Below are positions 19,316 through 29,379 of a DNA stretch of 64,000 nucleotides, in pieces; position 1 is the stretch's first letter; each line of letters starts with the position of its first letter. The notes under the pieces were generated by a model, which saw only the letters and a program-made list of their open reading frames with translations, was not told the DNA's origin and did not search any database. Source of the DNA: a virus. The DNA lies in the IMG/VR virus record IMGVR_UViG_3300033143_003851, positions 1 to 64,000 of that record, one strand, 5' to 3'. The translations under genes were made by a program, and so were the position numbers.

Positions 19316-20949
19316 TATTTCACAACCTTTATTGGTTCGTCTTTTCTGGACCCATATCTGTATACAGTAACTCCCTTAAGACTTGGTAAAAACTTAAGTA
19401 AGTTATCTGACAACTCATCCACACTATACCCCGATGGCAGTATGATCGTTTTTGAAATACTGCCATCTGTCCACTGTTGAACCTGCTTCTGCACAGCTAG
19501 ATGTTCCTCTGGTGGACACGAATATGCCGACACAAGGTGATCTGTTGGTAATCCAAAACCACTTAGTTCTTTATATATTGAAGCAAACTCGTGAAATTCT
19601 TTATACTTACTCCCATCATATCTAATTTTCCTAATCCACTCAATAGCTGGCGGGGGTTCAATTCCACTAGTTGTCTCTGCTACAATACTAATAGTTCCTG
19701 TTGGGGCCACTGCTAATAGTTGCATGTTTCTCAAACCATATTGTTTAATGTGTGTTATAGTTGCTGTATTAAGTTTCTTAGCTATAGGACTTGCGAAAAA
19801 TTTATCACGACAATTATACCATGATGGTGCAGGTCCATCTGTTTTAGCTAACATAGCGCTTGTCTCATATGCTATATTAAGAATGGTGGACATTATCTTA
19901 TCAATAGTTGTCATACACCGTTCGTTATCTCCATATCTAATTCCCATCCTAGCTAACAGATTATACAACCCCATAAACCCAACACCAACTTGTCTGTAGT
20001 GGTGGGACACCACTCTAATCTTATCTATAGGGTATGTGGTCTTATCTAATACTTTATTAAGCCCACACACAGCTAGTTTAGTTGCACTTGCTAGTCCAAG
20101 TAAGTCTACTCCACCCTCATAGTAAAAGTTTTCTAAGTTAATAGATGCCAAACAACATGACCCATTCTCTGGTAGGGGCACCTCGCCACAGGGGTTTACT
20201 CCATATATTGGGGCATCTATGTATGAATCTCGTTGCATATTTTCTATATTAATAATACCTGGTTCTCCGTTCTTCCATGCTTGTTCTACAATTTTTCTCC
20301 ACAGTATTCTAGCAGGTAAAGATGCGGTTAAAGGAATATTATGGGCTGATCCAAATGGTTTAAGATTCCACATATCATCATTTTTCACAGCTCTAATGAA
20401 GTCATTATTGATAGCTACAGAAATATTAAAAGATGACAATATTTTATCGTCTTTTTTGAAGTTGATGAACTTAAGAATATCTGGGTGAGAAACATCCATT
20501 ATACCTATTAGAGCTGCCCGCCTCTGTCCACCTTGTTCCATAGTCTTAGCAATTGAGTTAACAGCATTCATAAACCCAAGGGGCCCACAAGCATAGCCCC
20601 CTTTAGTATATATATAACTACCTTCTTCTCTTAGCTTACTTGCATTAATCCCAACACCACCGCCACTGGAGCTAACTATAGAAAAGTCTCTAAACAACGA
20701 ACCTATAGATTCTATATTATCATTCCAACCTAGTGTAAAACAGTTCAGTAATGCTGGGTGCTTCCGCCCAGCATTTCGCATAGTTCTACCACCAAATATA
20801 ACGCTCTTCTGATACATCAGTGATTTTAAAGTATTTGGTAGACCTAAAAATTTACACGTCCTATCACAACATTGTTCCCAGGTTTCATCTGGATTTAGTG
20901 CGTGTCTAGATTTAAATGTTGCCTCTGCAATAGGGGTCTTGAATGACAA
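19315..20949 (-). CDS. nrdJ: Ribonucleotide reductase, class II (B12-dependent) type
   Basis: LNCF, GGGVG, QGGQRRAA, NPCGE, CCLASINL, APTGTIS, TSGIEP, SISKT, TVYR; no beta-subunit gene in the window. Confidence 0.9.
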   Translation of the reverse strand: MSFKTPIAEATFKSRHALNPDETWEQCCDRTCKFLGLPNTLKSLMYQKSVIFGGRTMRNAGRKHPALLNCFTLGWNDNIESIGSLFRDFSIVSSSGGGVGINASKLREEGSYIYTKGGYACGPLGFMNAVNSIAKTMEQGGQRRAALIGIMDVSHPDILKFINFKKDDKILSSFNISVAINNDFIRAVKNDDMWNLKPFGSAHNIPLTASLPARILWRKIVEQAWKNGEPGIINIENMQRDSYIDAPIYGVNPCGEVPLPENGSCCLASINLENFYYEGGVDLLGLASATKLAVCGLNKVLDKTTYPIDKIRVVSHHYRQVGVGFMGLYNLLARMGIRYGDNERCMTTIDKIMSTILNIAYETSAMLAKTDGPAPSWYNCRDKFFASPIAKKLNTATITHIKQYGLRNMQLLAVAPTGTISIVAETTSGIEPPPAIEWIRKIRYDGSKYKEFHEFASIYKELSGFGLPTDHLVSAYSCPPEEHLAVQKQVQQWTDGSISKTIILPSGYSVDELSDNLLKFLPSLKGVTVYRYGSRKDEPIKVVK

Positions 20950-20950
20950 T

Positions 20951-21280
20951 CTATTCCCTCTCTAGACTTTCTATTGCTTTATGTTCTGCTTCACAATCAT
21001 TAATTCCTTCAATAGAAAATGCCCAGTGAATTATCTCATGCTCAACAACGGTGCTTATAACATACTCAATAACTTCCTCACATGAGTCATCAACGACGCT
21101 TGTATGGCACCACTGCATAGCTCCCAGAGAAACCTCAATTACGTTTGGTGGACAAAACAACCCTAACAAAATTGCACTGTTCTCTGCATCAATAAACGGA
21201 CTTAAACTATATTCTATCTCGATCATTATATTCTCTCCTGTATAACCACCTGGGGCATGGGTTTTCCCCTGTTGAGGCAA
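20951..21280 (-). CDS. Small zincin-like metallopeptidase
   Basis: HEIIH plus downstream E/H; true start probably MIEIE. Confidence 0.55.
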   Translation of the reverse strand: MPQQGKTHAPGGYTGENIMIEIEYSLSPFIDAENSAILLGLFCPPNVIEVSLGAMQWCHTSVVDDSCEEVIEYVISTVVEHEIIHWAFSIEGINDCEAEHKAIESLERE

Positions 21281-22160
21281 TCCGATCTGCCCACCCTACA
21301 GTGGCACTAATTCTTTCTATGATTCTATTTTCCTCTCGGTTATTAATTCCAACTGGAAACCACCTAGCATTTTTCTTAAAATACTCAAATATCTTAATTG
21401 GTTCCAATCCTTTTTCAAACCTTAAAAATACTGTAAGTGCCCAATACATATCATGGTCAGGCAACTTATCTAATAACATAACTTCTAAAAATGGTTGTGT
21501 AATTCCTGCAGGCTTCTTAGGAATAAATTTTTTGGTCTCTATTTTAGGAACATCCATTAAAAGTACTTCTGGTTCAGAGGGTATATCTATGTCAACTTGC
21601 CCAATTGATTTCTGAAATATTGTGCTGATGCGATCATCTATATTAATAGGAACACTATACCTGCCATTCCCTCTGGCACCACACAACCTAACGATGCCAT
21701 TTCTTTTATATACACTAAGGTCCACATTTTTAGACCTGCCTATAGTAAGCCCATATTTTTGTAGGTTAAGATGGTCATACATCTTCTGAGTTTGTTGCTT
21801 CAGAAATATCATAGTTGAATACTCATCTGCATCAGACGGCTCTATATGCCATATTAAGTGGAGCCCCTTAACTCCACTAAATTTAACTATAGGTGGTGTC
21901 AAAGAAAAATTATATATGTCCCTAGCTGCATGCAACATATTCCATTTACCAGGTGAATCTAAGTCTATAACATACAAATATATATTATTATTTTGTTTAA
22001 GACTAGAGCATGGACAGTATTGTGTTGGAGAATAGTCTGAACCTTCCCTAGGATTAAACCACACATCTCTGTCCTCCTGCCATTCAACAATGCGACTGAA
22101 ACTAGGTGCAGGAGCAATGATTGAGTTACACTCATCCAATATTTCTCTATTAATTTTCAT
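21207..22160 (-). CDS. Archaeo-eukaryotic primase (PriS-like catalytic domain plus helical PriX/PriL-like C-terminus)
   Basis: IDLD motif I, FSGVKGLH motif II, VDLSVY...VRL motif III; start probably MKINRE. Confidence 0.85.
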   Translation of the reverse strand: MKINREILDECNSIIAPAPSFSRIVEWQEDRDVWFNPREGSDYSPTQYCPCSSLKQNNNIYLYVIDLDSPGKWNMLHAARDIYNFSLTPPIVKFSGVKGLHLIWHIEPSDADEYSTMIFLKQQTQKMYDHLNLQKYGLTIGRSKNVDLSVYKRNGIVRLCGARGNGRYSVPINIDDRISTIFQKSIGQVDIDIPSEPEVLLMDVPKIETKKFIPKKPAGITQPFLEVMLLDKLPDHDMYWALTVFLRFEKGLEPIKIFEYFKKNARWFPVGINNREENRIIERISATVGWADRIASTGENPCPRWLYRREYNDRDRI

Positions 22161-22293
22161 CACACCATCTCTTTTTACCGTCTTTGCGACAGTCTTTACA
22201 TGGACCAAATAAAGCTGCACACTCAGATTTAGTAAGAGGCTTTTTAGCTTGTGGTGTGTTATTATATTTTTTCTTTTTCTTTGGTCCTTTCAT
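22150..22293 (-). CDS. Small Lys-rich, Cys-containing protein (47 aa; not in ORF track)
   Basis: MKGPKKKKKY...C-x6-CKDC-x8-C. Confidence 0.45.
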   Translation of the reverse strand: MKGPKKKKKYNNTPQAKKPLTKSECAALFGPCKDCRKDGKKRWCDEN

Positions 22294-22298
22294 ATTTA

Positions 22299-22778
22299 CT
22301 ACCCAAACATTGGATCAAACTTTTCTTTAGGTTCATTATATAGATTGTTTATAATAGTATCAATATCTTGACCCTGTGCTGATTTTTTCTCAATTGTATG
22401 CACAGTATCAATACCTAAGCTGGCAACAAGTTCAGCTCTGTGTAGCTCTTCTATACCTAACAATATTAACATATTTAACAAAGTATTTAAGGTATATTCT
22501 ACCTCATCTTTATCCAATTCTGTCATAAGTTCTGCTAACCTAGCTCTTGTTGTGCCGTGAGTAGTGAATAAAATTTTAGGGTTGCCCTCATCTTTTTCTT
22601 TTTCAATTTGTTTACTAATCGTAGTTACAATATTTTTTATAGCTTCTTTTCCTTTTGTCATATTCTCAACCATTATACCGCCCCTCCTTATGACATTGTC
22701 TCCAGTACGGACACCATTTTTTGTTGCAAAATTTGTATGTTGGATTCGATTGATATATGTTTCGATTGACACAATCAA
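22299..22778 (-). CDS. Hypothetical protein (possible DNA-binding protein); start probably MVENM
   Basis: GGAGG RBS at the internal Met; helical. Confidence 0.55.
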   Translation of the reverse strand: MIVSIETYINRIQHTNFATKNGVRTGDNVIRRGGIMVENMTKGKEAIKNIVTTISKQIEKEKDEGNPKILFTTHGTTRARLAELMTELDKDEVEYTLNTLLNMLILLGIEELHRAELVASLGIDTVHTIEKKSAQGQDIDTIINNLYNEPKEKFDPMFG

Positions 22779-23550
22779 TGAAAAACCTGACCCGCCTAAG
22801 TACTTTTTGAGCTAGATCATCAGGTGGAATTATAGCAACCCACTCACAAGTTCTTAAGTAGTGGCCTGCCATGAGTTCAGGAATTTGTCCATACTTCTCT
22901 GCATATATGTATGAATAAAACTCTAGTTGTCTAATATATTCTTCTCGCATGGGCATCTTATATGGTTTACTAGTTTTATAGTCTACAATAGCTACCCCAG
23001 CACTGTCCCCCATAGGGAGCACAGCATCAATCTTACCCCTTAATATAACTGGTAATTTTTCCCCCTCAGTGGTGATAACACACATATCAGATGAGATACG
23101 CACATCTATCTCAGTTGCTTTAGGGTGCATGTTCTTAAATGCTAAGAATGCTGGTTTCCCTGCATCCACATATACAAAGAACTGCATAACATACCAAAGA
23201 ATATATCTGTCAACAATCTTAGTAATATCTGTTAGTGTTTCCAACCAATCAATCTTGTTCTCTACACAGTATTTTTTAATTCCCCCCCGCTCAATCTCAG
23301 TAATACATATATTGCTACCTATGTGTGCCATAAACTTGTGTAGTTCTGTCTCTGTCTTACAGTTATTTTTAATATCGTGCCAAGACAATAGACTTAGTTT
23401 CTCCACGATGTCATGGACAACTCTGCCTTTATATATGTGTATTGAAGGTTCCTCAGGAATCCTTAAAATATATCTATAGTAGTACTGAGATGGGCAAGCA
23501 TAGAACTTGTTAATCATGGTGGGGGATACTCTGAACTCTTTGCTCACCAA
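22666..23550 (-). CDS. Cas4/RecB-like PD-(D/E)xK exonuclease with Fe-S cluster
   Basis: SPT...CP.QYY, GRVVHD, RGKID, IVDYKT, QLEFY, C-x4-CPY-x3-C. Confidence 0.9.
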   Translation of the reverse strand: MVSKEFRVSPTMINKFYACPSQYYYRYILRIPEEPSIHIYKGRVVHDIVEKLSLLSWHDIKNNCKTETELHKFMAHIGSNICITEIERGGIKKYCVENKIDWLETLTDITKIVDRYILWYVMQFFVYVDAGKPAFLAFKNMHPKATEIDVRISSDMCVITTEGEKLPVILRGKIDAVLPMGDSAGVAIVDYKTSKPYKMPMREEYIRQLEFYSYIYAEKYGQIPELMAGHYLRTCEWVAIIPPDDLAQKVLRRVRFFIDCVNRNIYQSNPTYKFCNKKWCPYWRQCHKEGRYNG

Positions 23551-24956
23551 ATATCCTCCTTTGATATAATTACACTAACGTTGCCCGTAATAGGGTTATC
23601 AAATAACATATCTCCTGTTCTTGAATCAATCTGTGAACTAACCCATCTCTCATATGACTCATCGTCTGTAGATTCTTTAATCTTGTCTCTACCATGTCTC
23701 CAACAGTTGACCCAATCAATTTTTTCAACTTCTTCAAATGTCTGGACCCGATAGAACACCCAAGATCTGGTATCACTACTTCGCTTCTTAACCTCTAGGT
23801 GGTGGCTATGCTCAGCCATCACAGTCATAACATACCTGACAAAATCATATGGTACTTTGATATCTATCTCAGATAAACCTCGAACCACGTCATCAACTGT
23901 AGCCCACTTACGAGTTTCCTGTTTAACAGAATATTGTAAAATATCTTGTTGAGATGTATTAAGTGTGCCACCAAACTCTGGGCGCTCATACATCTGTAAA
24001 ATTTTATCTCCTAAGTATGGAACCCCAAGAATATTTCTGGCACATGTTTGTCCATATATAAAATGATTAACTCTGACATCTTGTATTGTCATTAAATATC
24101 TACCGACATTCTTATCTTTAACTTTCATACTATATGGAGATACTGCATCTGTCCCAATCCTTAGCTTGGCAAATGCCTTAGCAAATTTATGATATTGGAT
24201 CTTATAACTGGGCGATGTAGTTCCATATGAGGGCAATGTCTCTACTAAATATGTAGCGAACGGGTTAGCAATTGGTAATAGTTCTCGTGAATCAGCTACG
24301 ATAATACGTCTAATTCTTTCTTGTAGTGAAAATACTTCTTCTTCTGTAAATTCACTGAATCTTTCGGGTAAAAATTCCCATTCTGCATTTAGTTTCTCGA
24401 TTTCGTGAACATGTTTTGGTGTAATATCTAAGTTGATTTCTGGGAACCGCCTGGCTAACTCTGTGTCAGTTCCTCCCTTACCATAGTGCATGTTCTCATA
24501 GGCTCTGGTGTATACGACACCAATATCTTTAGGGATTGTTTTTGTTTCTACCCCAGTGCGATCAGCCTTAGTAACAAGCCTCTTGGAGTCTTTACCCTCG
24601 CCCAGATCTTTCATCATCTCAACCAGGGACAACTTAGATTCACCAATTGCTTTCTGTAACTCTGGAATATATAGAAACTTAATATTTTCCCATTGGTCAT
24701 AGAATGCAGCTGTGTCGCTAGATAATCCAATTTTCTTAATCCATGAACTATCTACCAATTCAAACATCGTATCAAGTAATTTAGTTTTGCCTGCCCCACT
24801 AGTACTAGCGATGCCAAATTTCATCCTAGTTGTTAGTGCAGCAAATACTGTTAAAATATTTTTTTCTTCACCAGCATATCCTTCATGTCTGGCCCATCTT
24901 AATATGTCTTTTAGAATTTTCACTATCCGCCACCTCCACCAATTCCCCATTAACAC
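23544..24956 (-). CDS. AAA+ (MCM-related) putative replicative helicase
   Basis: SGAGKT Walker A, LYIPE Walker B, ELARRF arginine finger; next to primase and nuclease. Confidence 0.7.
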   Translation of the reverse strand: MLMGNWWRWRIVKILKDILRWARHEGYAGEEKNILTVFAALTTRMKFGIASTSGAGKTKLLDTMFELVDSSWIKKIGLSSDTAAFYDQWENIKFLYIPELQKAIGESKLSLVEMMKDLGEGKDSKRLVTKADRTGVETKTIPKDIGVVYTRAYENMHYGKGGTDTELARRFPEINLDITPKHVHEIEKLNAEWEFLPERFSEFTEEEVFSLQERIRRIIVADSRELLPIANPFATYLVETLPSYGTTSPSYKIQYHKFAKAFAKLRIGTDAVSPYSMKVKDKNVGRYLMTIQDVRVNHFIYGQTCARNILGVPYLGDKILQMYERPEFGGTLNTSQQDILQYSVKQETRKWATVDDVVRGLSEIDIKVPYDFVRYVMTVMAEHSHHLEVKKRSSDTRSWVFYRVQTFEEVEKIDWVNCWRHGRDKIKESTDDESYERWVSSQIDSRTGDMLFDNPITGNVSVIISKEDIW

Positions 24957-24986
24957 ATTTCCAACAATTTTCTCCTATCAAAAAAA

Positions 24987-25187
24987 CTACCACACAGATT
25001 TTTCAAGAATCATGAGACATTTAGTAATTCGTTTTTTAATTCTCTTGAGTCTCCACTCTAAAAACCAACTATCATAGTAAATGCATTCTTCCATCTGAAA
25101 TTTTTTTGTCTTACCTTTAATATAAATTAATACGTGCCCTGCTGATGGATATATTCTCCAGTTAATTTTTATATATTGCTCAGACAT
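24987..25187 (-). CDS. Hypothetical protein
   Basis: Overlap coupling, GGTGG RBS. Confidence 0.45.
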   Translation of the reverse strand: MSEQYIKINWRIYPSAGHVLIYIKGKTKKFQMEECIYYDSWFLEWRLKRIKKRITKCLMILEKSVW

Positions 25188-25599
25188 TATTAACCACCTT
25201 CATCCATGCTTCATCTGGGGTATCTGCTATAAACCATATACCAATCGCATCACCGCATTTGCAATCACAAGGACCCTCTACTCCATAGTCCATTAGTCGA
25301 TAGTTGCCATTGATTTCCCACAACATTTCCATATAATTATTGTCAGAAGGGAGATATAATGGATTATGTTTAAAACTTATTAGCCTGGTAATAGTATCTT
25401 CAGTGCCTTCCCAAGGAGACGGACCAATGATAATATAGTCATCATCTCCCAACATAAGAAAGTATCTGATTTCAGAATCATCCTGACCTTCCGTATAATA
25501 TAAACCAAAATCTTTCTCTTTCCACCTATGCTCTCCATAAACATCTCTAACTTTCTGAGCAATCTCAATTTCTCTATGGTTGCTTGCGATGGTTTCCAT
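25180..25599 (-). CDS. Hypothetical protein, paralog of 29380-29739
   Basis: Shared REIEIA.KVR, L.LPS...YM.MLWEI and TP.EAWMKVV blocks. Confidence 0.7.
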   Translation of the reverse strand: METIASNHREIEIAQKVRDVYGEHRWKEKDFGLYYTEGQDDSEIRYFLMLGDDDYIIIGPSPWEGTEDTITRLISFKHNPLYLPSDNNYMEMLWEINGNYRLMDYGVEGPCDCKCGDAIGIWFIADTPDEAWMKVVNNV

Positions 25600-25775
25600 C
25601 ACAAGCCCCATCCTTCTCTAGTGTGATTAAGCATACCGTCTTTACCAAACACCGTGCTGTAGATATTGCCATATCTACAGCTTTTGCACACACTACTTCT
25701 TTTACTTGTCCCGTACTTACAAAGTTTGCATTTTCGTTTACGCCTTTTAGATTTTCTGCTGTTCCAAGATGCCAT
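25599..25775 (-). CDS. Basic Zn-ribbon protein (58 aa; not in ORF track)
   Basis: GAGGTGG RBS; KRKCKLC-x10-CKSCRYG; TGATG coupling. Confidence 0.6.
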   Translation of the reverse strand: MASWNSRKSKRRKRKCKLCKYGTSKRSSVCKSCRYGNIYSTVFGKDGMLNHTREGWGL

Positions 25776-26202
25776 CTATCCACCTCAGTTGTCTTCTCAT
25801 TCTATTGATACTTTTATTAACAATACCTCTTATTATAGGCATACATTTTAAACATAAAGGATAGTTATTAATTGGAGAAGTATAAGTATTGTTTCTATAT
25901 TTTGAACAGTTGTTACATCTGCGTGATTTGTTCCCATCTTTATCGTAAGATATATTACATCTATTACAGTATATTTTCTCTTCTTCATCAAATATTTGTA
26001 TCTCATAACCACAATCACATACAAAGTATTTTATTTTTTTAGTTATAGTTTTAAGTGGTATTTTTCCACCTCTGGTAGTACTTAGCTAACTGCTCTGGTG
26101 TTGTTGTAGTGCCAATAGGCTCGGTGCCACAATCAAAACAGTAATATCTATTACTTGTCTGGCTGTAAAAAGCGAGGCGACTACAGTCTGGACACCTCAT
26201 AG

Positions 26203-26484
26203 CTAACCACCAGCATGTTTACTCATAAGTCTTCTAACCTCTTCGGCTTCTGAATTACTAACAACAACAACTTTGTTCCGCCTAGCATATGACTCAAAGT
26301 CCCTAAGCTCATCCTCTGCCAACACAATCATCCTTTGAGCATTAGACCTGATAGTTGCCAACTCTTCATCAGTTAAGTCCCTGGCCTCTTCAAGCACAGC
26401 TTCAAGCACCACATAACAATCCTTTTTCTCATACTCTCCCGTGCTTATGGTGTTGCCCATACTAACTTTAATCGAATATGTCAT
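26203..26484 (-). CDS. Small phage-type hypothetical protein
   Basis: VSMGNTISTGEYE beta-hairpin followed by a helix. Confidence 0.6.
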   Translation of the reverse strand: MTYSIKVSMGNTISTGEYEKKDCYVVLEAVLEEARDLTDEELATIRSNAQRMIVLAEDELRDFESYARRNKVVVVSNSEAEEVRRLMSKHAGG

Positions 26485-26737
26485 AAATAACCAACTCTAT
26501 TTAATATAGATCCTTCAACATATGGGGGAACCTTACTGCACTTAGGACACACCCAATCTCCACCTGTATCTGTTGTAGTGTATATGCAATATATACTACA
26601 ACTTGGACATTTATCTCGTCTCATAACAACCACCAGAAAGTAGCAGCACACATAGCAAACAATAAGATGAAAATATTTAGTGGCATTTTCATCTCACCCT
26701 ATAAAATTGTTCTTCTCCCATGTTTAGTCCTCTGTAT

Positions 26738-27541
26738 TCAATTTGGCCACCAACTAATTTTCTTACGATTCTTAAAGATATGGATTGCTTTCTCTAGATC
26801 CCCAATACCGCCACCAATATCACTCATAAGGGTCATAGTAATAATCTCCTGTAAGTTCCTAGCGGTGGGTGTCAGCTCAAGGATTGTTTGCTTACACTTC
26901 TCAATTGCCTGCATAGATTCAGTATCAAACATCCCAACTTCTTCAACTACCGACTCTACCTGCTCTGTCTCCTCAGAAACAGAACCCCAGGGCACAAACT
27001 CAACATACCAATTAGATTTCCCATCCTGTGAAGATATGTGGCATTCATATTCGTGCCATGTATCTTCACTCCAACTCTTGTTGAGTCTTTTTAACCCATT
27101 TGAAATAGCTAAGGCAAGCTTAGACTGTTCTGGATACCAGAGCTTTTCCTCACAACACAGCGTGCCATTACCCCACTGGTGGCACTTGCTACACAACCCA
27201 CTCTGTCCATACCTCTCCCAGTGTTTAATCACAACCCCTGGTTCGTTAGGGGGTTCGATATAGAACGACCAAAGCTCCCACCTACCACCATATGGAGATG
27301 GTCCTGTCTTTGGAGTATCATACATAAGCCTAAGATATTGTGAGTGCCACATAAATAGGTGCATAAATCTGGCATCTCCTTTGTTTTCCCCTCGGGTAAT
27401 TGGCAAATCCTCAAACCCACAGTATCCATCCTTTTTCTGCCTAGCATATTCACTAAACTTAGGGAACGTACTATCGTATAAAATTTTCATCTCTGGGCTT
27501 TTCTGCCCAGCTTCCTTTAATAAAACTCGTCTAGTATTCAT
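26738..27541 (-). CDS. Hypothetical protein (aromatic-rich, Zn-binding; possible ssDNA-binding/recombination role)
   Basis: 267-aa ORF, CSKC...CC, acidic linker. Confidence 0.55.
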   Translation of the reverse strand: MNTRRVLLKEAGQKSPEMKILYDSTFPKFSEYARQKKDGYCGFEDLPITRGENKGDARFMHLFMWHSQYLRLMYDTPKTGPSPYGGRWELWSFYIEPPNEPGVVIKHWERYGQSGLCSKCHQWGNGTLCCEEKLWYPEQSKLALAISNGLKRLNKSWSEDTWHEYECHISSQDGKSNWYVEFVPWGSVSEETEQVESVVEEVGMFDTESMQAIEKCKQTILELTPTARNLQEIITMTLMSDIGGGIGDLEKAIHIFKNRKKISWWPN

Positions 27542-27747
27542 ATTTTTTCCTCTTTTAATTTTTTACCACAAAACATACAAAACTTAATTGGCACCTTAAA
27601 ACCAGCGCCTGCCATTTCACAACAACTTGCAACGTCTACATCAATATATAGATTTTTATTTCCCATGTAAAGTTCTAAGTTAGAATAATTAGTTAAAAAC
27701 TTTGTCTCAATATTAAATATTACTGAGTTTTTACAGTACATACACAC
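27538..27747 (-). CDS. Small Zn-finger protein
   Basis: MCMYC...IKFCMFCGKKL. Confidence 0.6.
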   Translation of the reverse strand: MCMYCKNSVIFNIETKFLTNYSNLELYMGNKNLYIDVDVASCCEMAGAGFKVPIKFCMFCGKKLKEEKI

Positions 27748-27980
27748 TATATCTCACAACCTTCACATATTCTCTTCATGCGTCGCCTAAAATTTTTAAA
27801 CTCTGGTTTAGCATAGATACCCCAATCAACAATATCAATTGAGGAATATAGTTCACATACTCTTAATAGTTCTTTTAGGCCCACGTCATATTCGTGGTGT
27901 TTGCCCAGTTGGAAATAATTTTTGGATTTTAATGTTTTCTCATTAGGTTTGTTTTTATCATATGTTACATGCATCCTCAT
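27747..27980 (-). CDS. Hypothetical protein
   Basis: ATGA coupling. Confidence 0.5.
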   Translation of the reverse strand: MRMHVTYDKNKPNEKTLKSKNYFQLGKHHEYDVGLKELLRVCELYSSIDIVDWGIYAKPEFKNFRRRMKRICEGCEI

Positions 27981-28915
27981 TGACTATCACCGAATAACTT
28001 TTTGTGCTCTTTTACTTTATCTTCATAAATACTAACAATTTTATCCATAAGAGCTTGGGTGTTTCCAAGTTCTTGTTCTGATGCAATATATTTAAAAAAT
28101 ATGCTTGAACTAAACTTGGATGACCAGAAGTATTTTGGTCCTAAGCTCCCCCATACTTTGTATCCTATGAATCTATGGTTATCGTCTGTATACTTATTTT
28201 CATCAATAACTTCATATTTTGAGTAGACACATATAAAGTCATCATCTCCCCGAAGGTGTTGTGGTATTAGCTCGTGCAGTTTTTCCGCAACACCTTCTTC
28301 TGGCATAGTCCACTTATTTACAGGACCATCAGACTTCTCAAGAATAGCATATACGTGGGCTTCCCCATACTTAACACGCTTAATATCGTGCTTTAAGATA
28401 TATCGCCCTGGCACTATATCAATTGTGTCAATATCAGGGGAACCCCCTTTACATACAAAGTCATCATAGTCTGCTAAAGAATACCACCACAGATCAGTAC
28501 AGATCCCACCAACTTCTGGTCCCCAGGATTTCTCTACAACATCAATATAGTCATCATCATGGGCGTAATTAGCAACTCTTAAAGTATTTCCATCTTTAAA
28601 AATCCCTGGACATGAGTTTCCTACAAACCCATGCAGCAACCCCTGTTCCCCATACCACTCCACTGTCTCCTTGATGCCCAGCATTTCGTTAACATAAAAA
28701 TCTGGGCATCCTGGGTACTGGTCTCTAAAGTCATTCCCATATGCTAGTTTGCCACTAGGAATTTCAATAGCTATTTCTATATACTGTCCGCCATAGTTTC
28801 TCTTAGGCATAAAACCACCTCGGTATACTATCATATTGGTCAAAGTATCCTGTGCAGTCATGCAAAATATTTTGACCTTCTCCTGACCACAAACCAAATA
28901 AGCTTGGTCTACCAA
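27977..28915 (-). CDS. Hypothetical protein (312 aa)
   Basis: Long ORF, no recognised motif. Confidence 0.65.
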   Translation of the reverse strand: MVDQAYLVCGQEKVKIFCMTAQDTLTNMIVYRGGFMPKRNYGGQYIEIAIEIPSGKLAYGNDFRDQYPGCPDFYVNEMLGIKETVEWYGEQGLLHGFVGNSCPGIFKDGNTLRVANYAHDDDYIDVVEKSWGPEVGGICTDLWWYSLADYDDFVCKGGSPDIDTIDIVPGRYILKHDIKRVKYGEAHVYAILEKSDGPVNKWTMPEEGVAEKLHELIPQHLRGDDDFICVYSKYEVIDENKYTDDNHRFIGYKVWGSLGPKYFWSSKFSSSIFFKYIASEQELGNTQALMDKIVSIYEDKVKEHKKLFGDSQ

Positions 28916-28991
28916 CTTTAATTCTCATAAATCCCACCCAATTTCTTCACAAGTTTCAAGAACCTATTAATATATGTTTAGTATTATAAAT

Positions 28992-29186
28992 TTAGTAGAA
29001 CTTTATTAAGTGTTTCACACAACAGAAATGGTGTAAGCTACCATCAAACTCAGATCCATACCCATGAGAGACACTTATTGTATCGTACTCTAGCTTTTTT
29101 CCACACATATCACAAGAATATTTTTTATGATATTCGCCACATTTACTACATCTGCTTTCGCTGATTGCCATAGCTACTCCCCCCAC
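28992..29186 (-). CDS. Small Zn-finger protein
   Basis: CSKC, CDMC, HFCC..H. Confidence 0.55.
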   Translation of the reverse strand: MGGVAMAISESRCSKCGEYHKKYSCDMCGKKLEYDTISVSHGYGSEFDGSLHHFCCVKHLIKFY

Positions 29187-29379
29187 CTATATCCTAATCA
29201 TGTTCTACTATAGGAAACTGAAGTTCTCCATTTGGTGGTTTAAATAGGGGGTAGAGACACTTAAAACAAAAAAATACCCCTAACCATCCTTTACATGGAC
29301 ACATATCGCTCATATTATCATCTTTCTGCTGGTCCACACTCATCTCCACACCTATAACATTCTATGTAGTTTATACAAG

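Noticed and set aside
3481-20949. Inteins in the giant tail protein, PolB or RNR
   Set aside because: No Cys/Ser...His-Asn splice junctions or LAGLIDADG motifs; PolB and RNR are compact.
22666-23550. Cas4-like gene as a sign of a CRISPR-Cas locus or mini-array
   Set aside because: No other cas genes and no repeat-spacer array seen in any intergenic region; solo Cas4-like nucleases are common in viral replication modules.
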